DNA of 63,887 nucleotides, filler included, from Globobulimina sp. (Eukaryota): NCBI GenBank assembly GCA_003354225.1. It is 45 parts of 45 records of this genome, joined end to end, with 100 filler letters (N's around TTAATTAATTAA, not from the genome) between each part and the next. Parts side by side here need not be neighbours in the genome. Positions count along the whole stretch, not along the records: positions 62,567 to 63,887 come from PIVH01018704.1; 44 more parts are not named here. One strand, 5' to 3'. Shown piece by piece: positions 62,731 to 63,887 of this stretch (position 1 is its first letter; each line of letters starts with the position of its first letter). The notes under the pieces were generated by a model. It saw only the letters and a program-made list of their open reading frames with translations, ran no database searches and was not told where the DNA came from. The position numbers and the translations under genes were made by a program.

Positions 62731-63887
62731 CTGCCTTTCCTAATACTCATCCACATCCACACAAGTATCGCTCAACTCCAACGCTCCGCAACCCTCAACG
62801 CACTGAGCCCTACACTCAACGGCATCACCATCGCCTACAATCCCAAAACCACCAACACCTTTGGCTCATATTACAACATCTCAGTCAAGTCGCAACACAC
62901 CTACGATATCGCCATCTCTCTAGCTCCCAAATGGAGTTTCAAATCCACCACAAACACCACCTTAATTTTCACCCTCAACGGCGCCACACCAAACCCCACG
63001 GCAGACGCAGATTTCATGATTATATTCACTGCCAATAACACTCAATTCTTTAGTTTTTTCGTACACCTCGACCTCACCACCATACGTTCCCATATATACC
63101 CTTTGGCCAAACTCGGCACGAAACCAAACATTACCGCGTGGCTCGCCGACAGTGTCACTTTCCCCCAACGTTGGGACCGCATCTCTGAGGGCAACCAATG
63201 GGTTGTGACCAAGCCCCGTTACAACACAGCGGCGCAGTGGCCGTTGCAATTCCAAATCGAAAACAATATAGTTTTAAAGCGCTGTATATTCTCATACTAT
63301 GATGAAGCCACAATCTATAAAACTGGCAACACATTCAATGATAGTTTCCGTCCCAACACTCCATTAACTATCTATATAATGGGTGATACATCGAAGGAGC
63401 AATACCAAATATACGATATCAACATACAATTATACCATGCCAATGGTGTACCGACCATACCGCCCACACTCGCTCCCACACAAAAGCCGACCACATTCCC
63501 CACACTAAATCCCTCCATATCTCCCTCTCAAAATCCCACATATAACCCACTTAAAACACCTTCGGTTTCACCTACTAACTTTCCCTCACAACTCCCTACA
63601 GTCAGTCCATTAGATTCCCCTTCCAAAACACCATCAGATTCAGATGCACCGAGCATAAATCCGGTAGTGAATGTATCTCCTTCCACCGCATACACTCAAT
63701 CGTTTACACCCACTATGGAACCTACACTGTACCCAACAAAGTCACCATCACAGATTTCATTGGCGCCCACCATAACACCTACACATACACCCTCAATACC
63801 ACCTAGTTTGCATCCAAGTGCTGCACCCAGTGATACACCATCGATAACACCGACATTTACATCATTAAATCCAACGTATATTCCCAC
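62731..63887 (+). CDS. Surface protein paralogous to 28708-29770 with PT-rich stalk; no in-frame ATG at the expected start
   Basis: Open frame missed by the ORF track; RWDRIS...QWPL...IYIMGD matches RWKRVS...QWPF...IYIMND. Confidence 0.7.
   Translation, partial: MPFLILIHIHTSIAQLQRSATLNALSPTLNGITIAYNPKTTNTFGSYYNISVKSQHTYDIAISLAPKWSFKSTTNTTLIFTLNGATPNPTADADFMIIFTANNTQFFSFFVHLDLTTIRSHIYPLAKLGTKPNITAWLADSVTFPQRWDRISEGNQWVVTKPRYNTAAQWPLQFQIENNIVLKRCIFSYYDEATIYKTGNTFNDSFRPNTPLTIYIMGDTSKEQYQIYDINIQLYHANGVPTIPPTLAPTQKPTTFPTLNPSISPSQNPTYNPLKTPSVSPTNFPSQLPTVSPLDSPSKTPSDSDAPSINPVVNVSPSTAYTQSFTPTMEPTLYPTKSPSQISLAPTITPTHTPSIPPSLHPSAAPSDTPSITPTFTSLNPTYIP

Overview
This window is not one locus. It is 45 unrelated, length-sorted contigs of 1321-1323 bp, joined by an artificial 100-nt linker (44 N + TTAATTAATTAA + 44 N), so nothing is linked across spacers and ORFs ending in X are truncated. 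Most contigs are AT-rich, intron-containing eukaryotic gene fragments. The expanded families look foraminiferan/rhizarian (inference), and abrupt mid-gene junctions suggest amplification chimeras. Recognisable fragments: UVSSA, COG8, MUS81, PHYHD1, UBA1-like, ZNF593/BUD20, 7TM-RGS, ENTH, TRP-like channels, pLGIC, Kelch, VSR-like, BSD, PARP6/8-like, FKBP and a spliced HSP10. Minority contigs look bacterial (radical SAM-TPR, ABC exporter), giant-virus-like (FEN1) or Polinton/Maverick-like. Best leads: (1) an identical 42-nt minimal U3-A8 hammerhead-like motif behind two diverged homologous ORFs on separate contigs (Penelope/retrozyme-like element); (2) a ~33-aa GYxR...I..C..F module inserted in frame into a pseudokinase and a degenerate UBA1-like protein; (3) a C2H2-fused Maverick-type packaging ATPase whose Walker A motif is split by a spliceosomal intron, next to a palindrome array; (4) an expanded R-S-E-type ADP-ribosyltransferase-like family.
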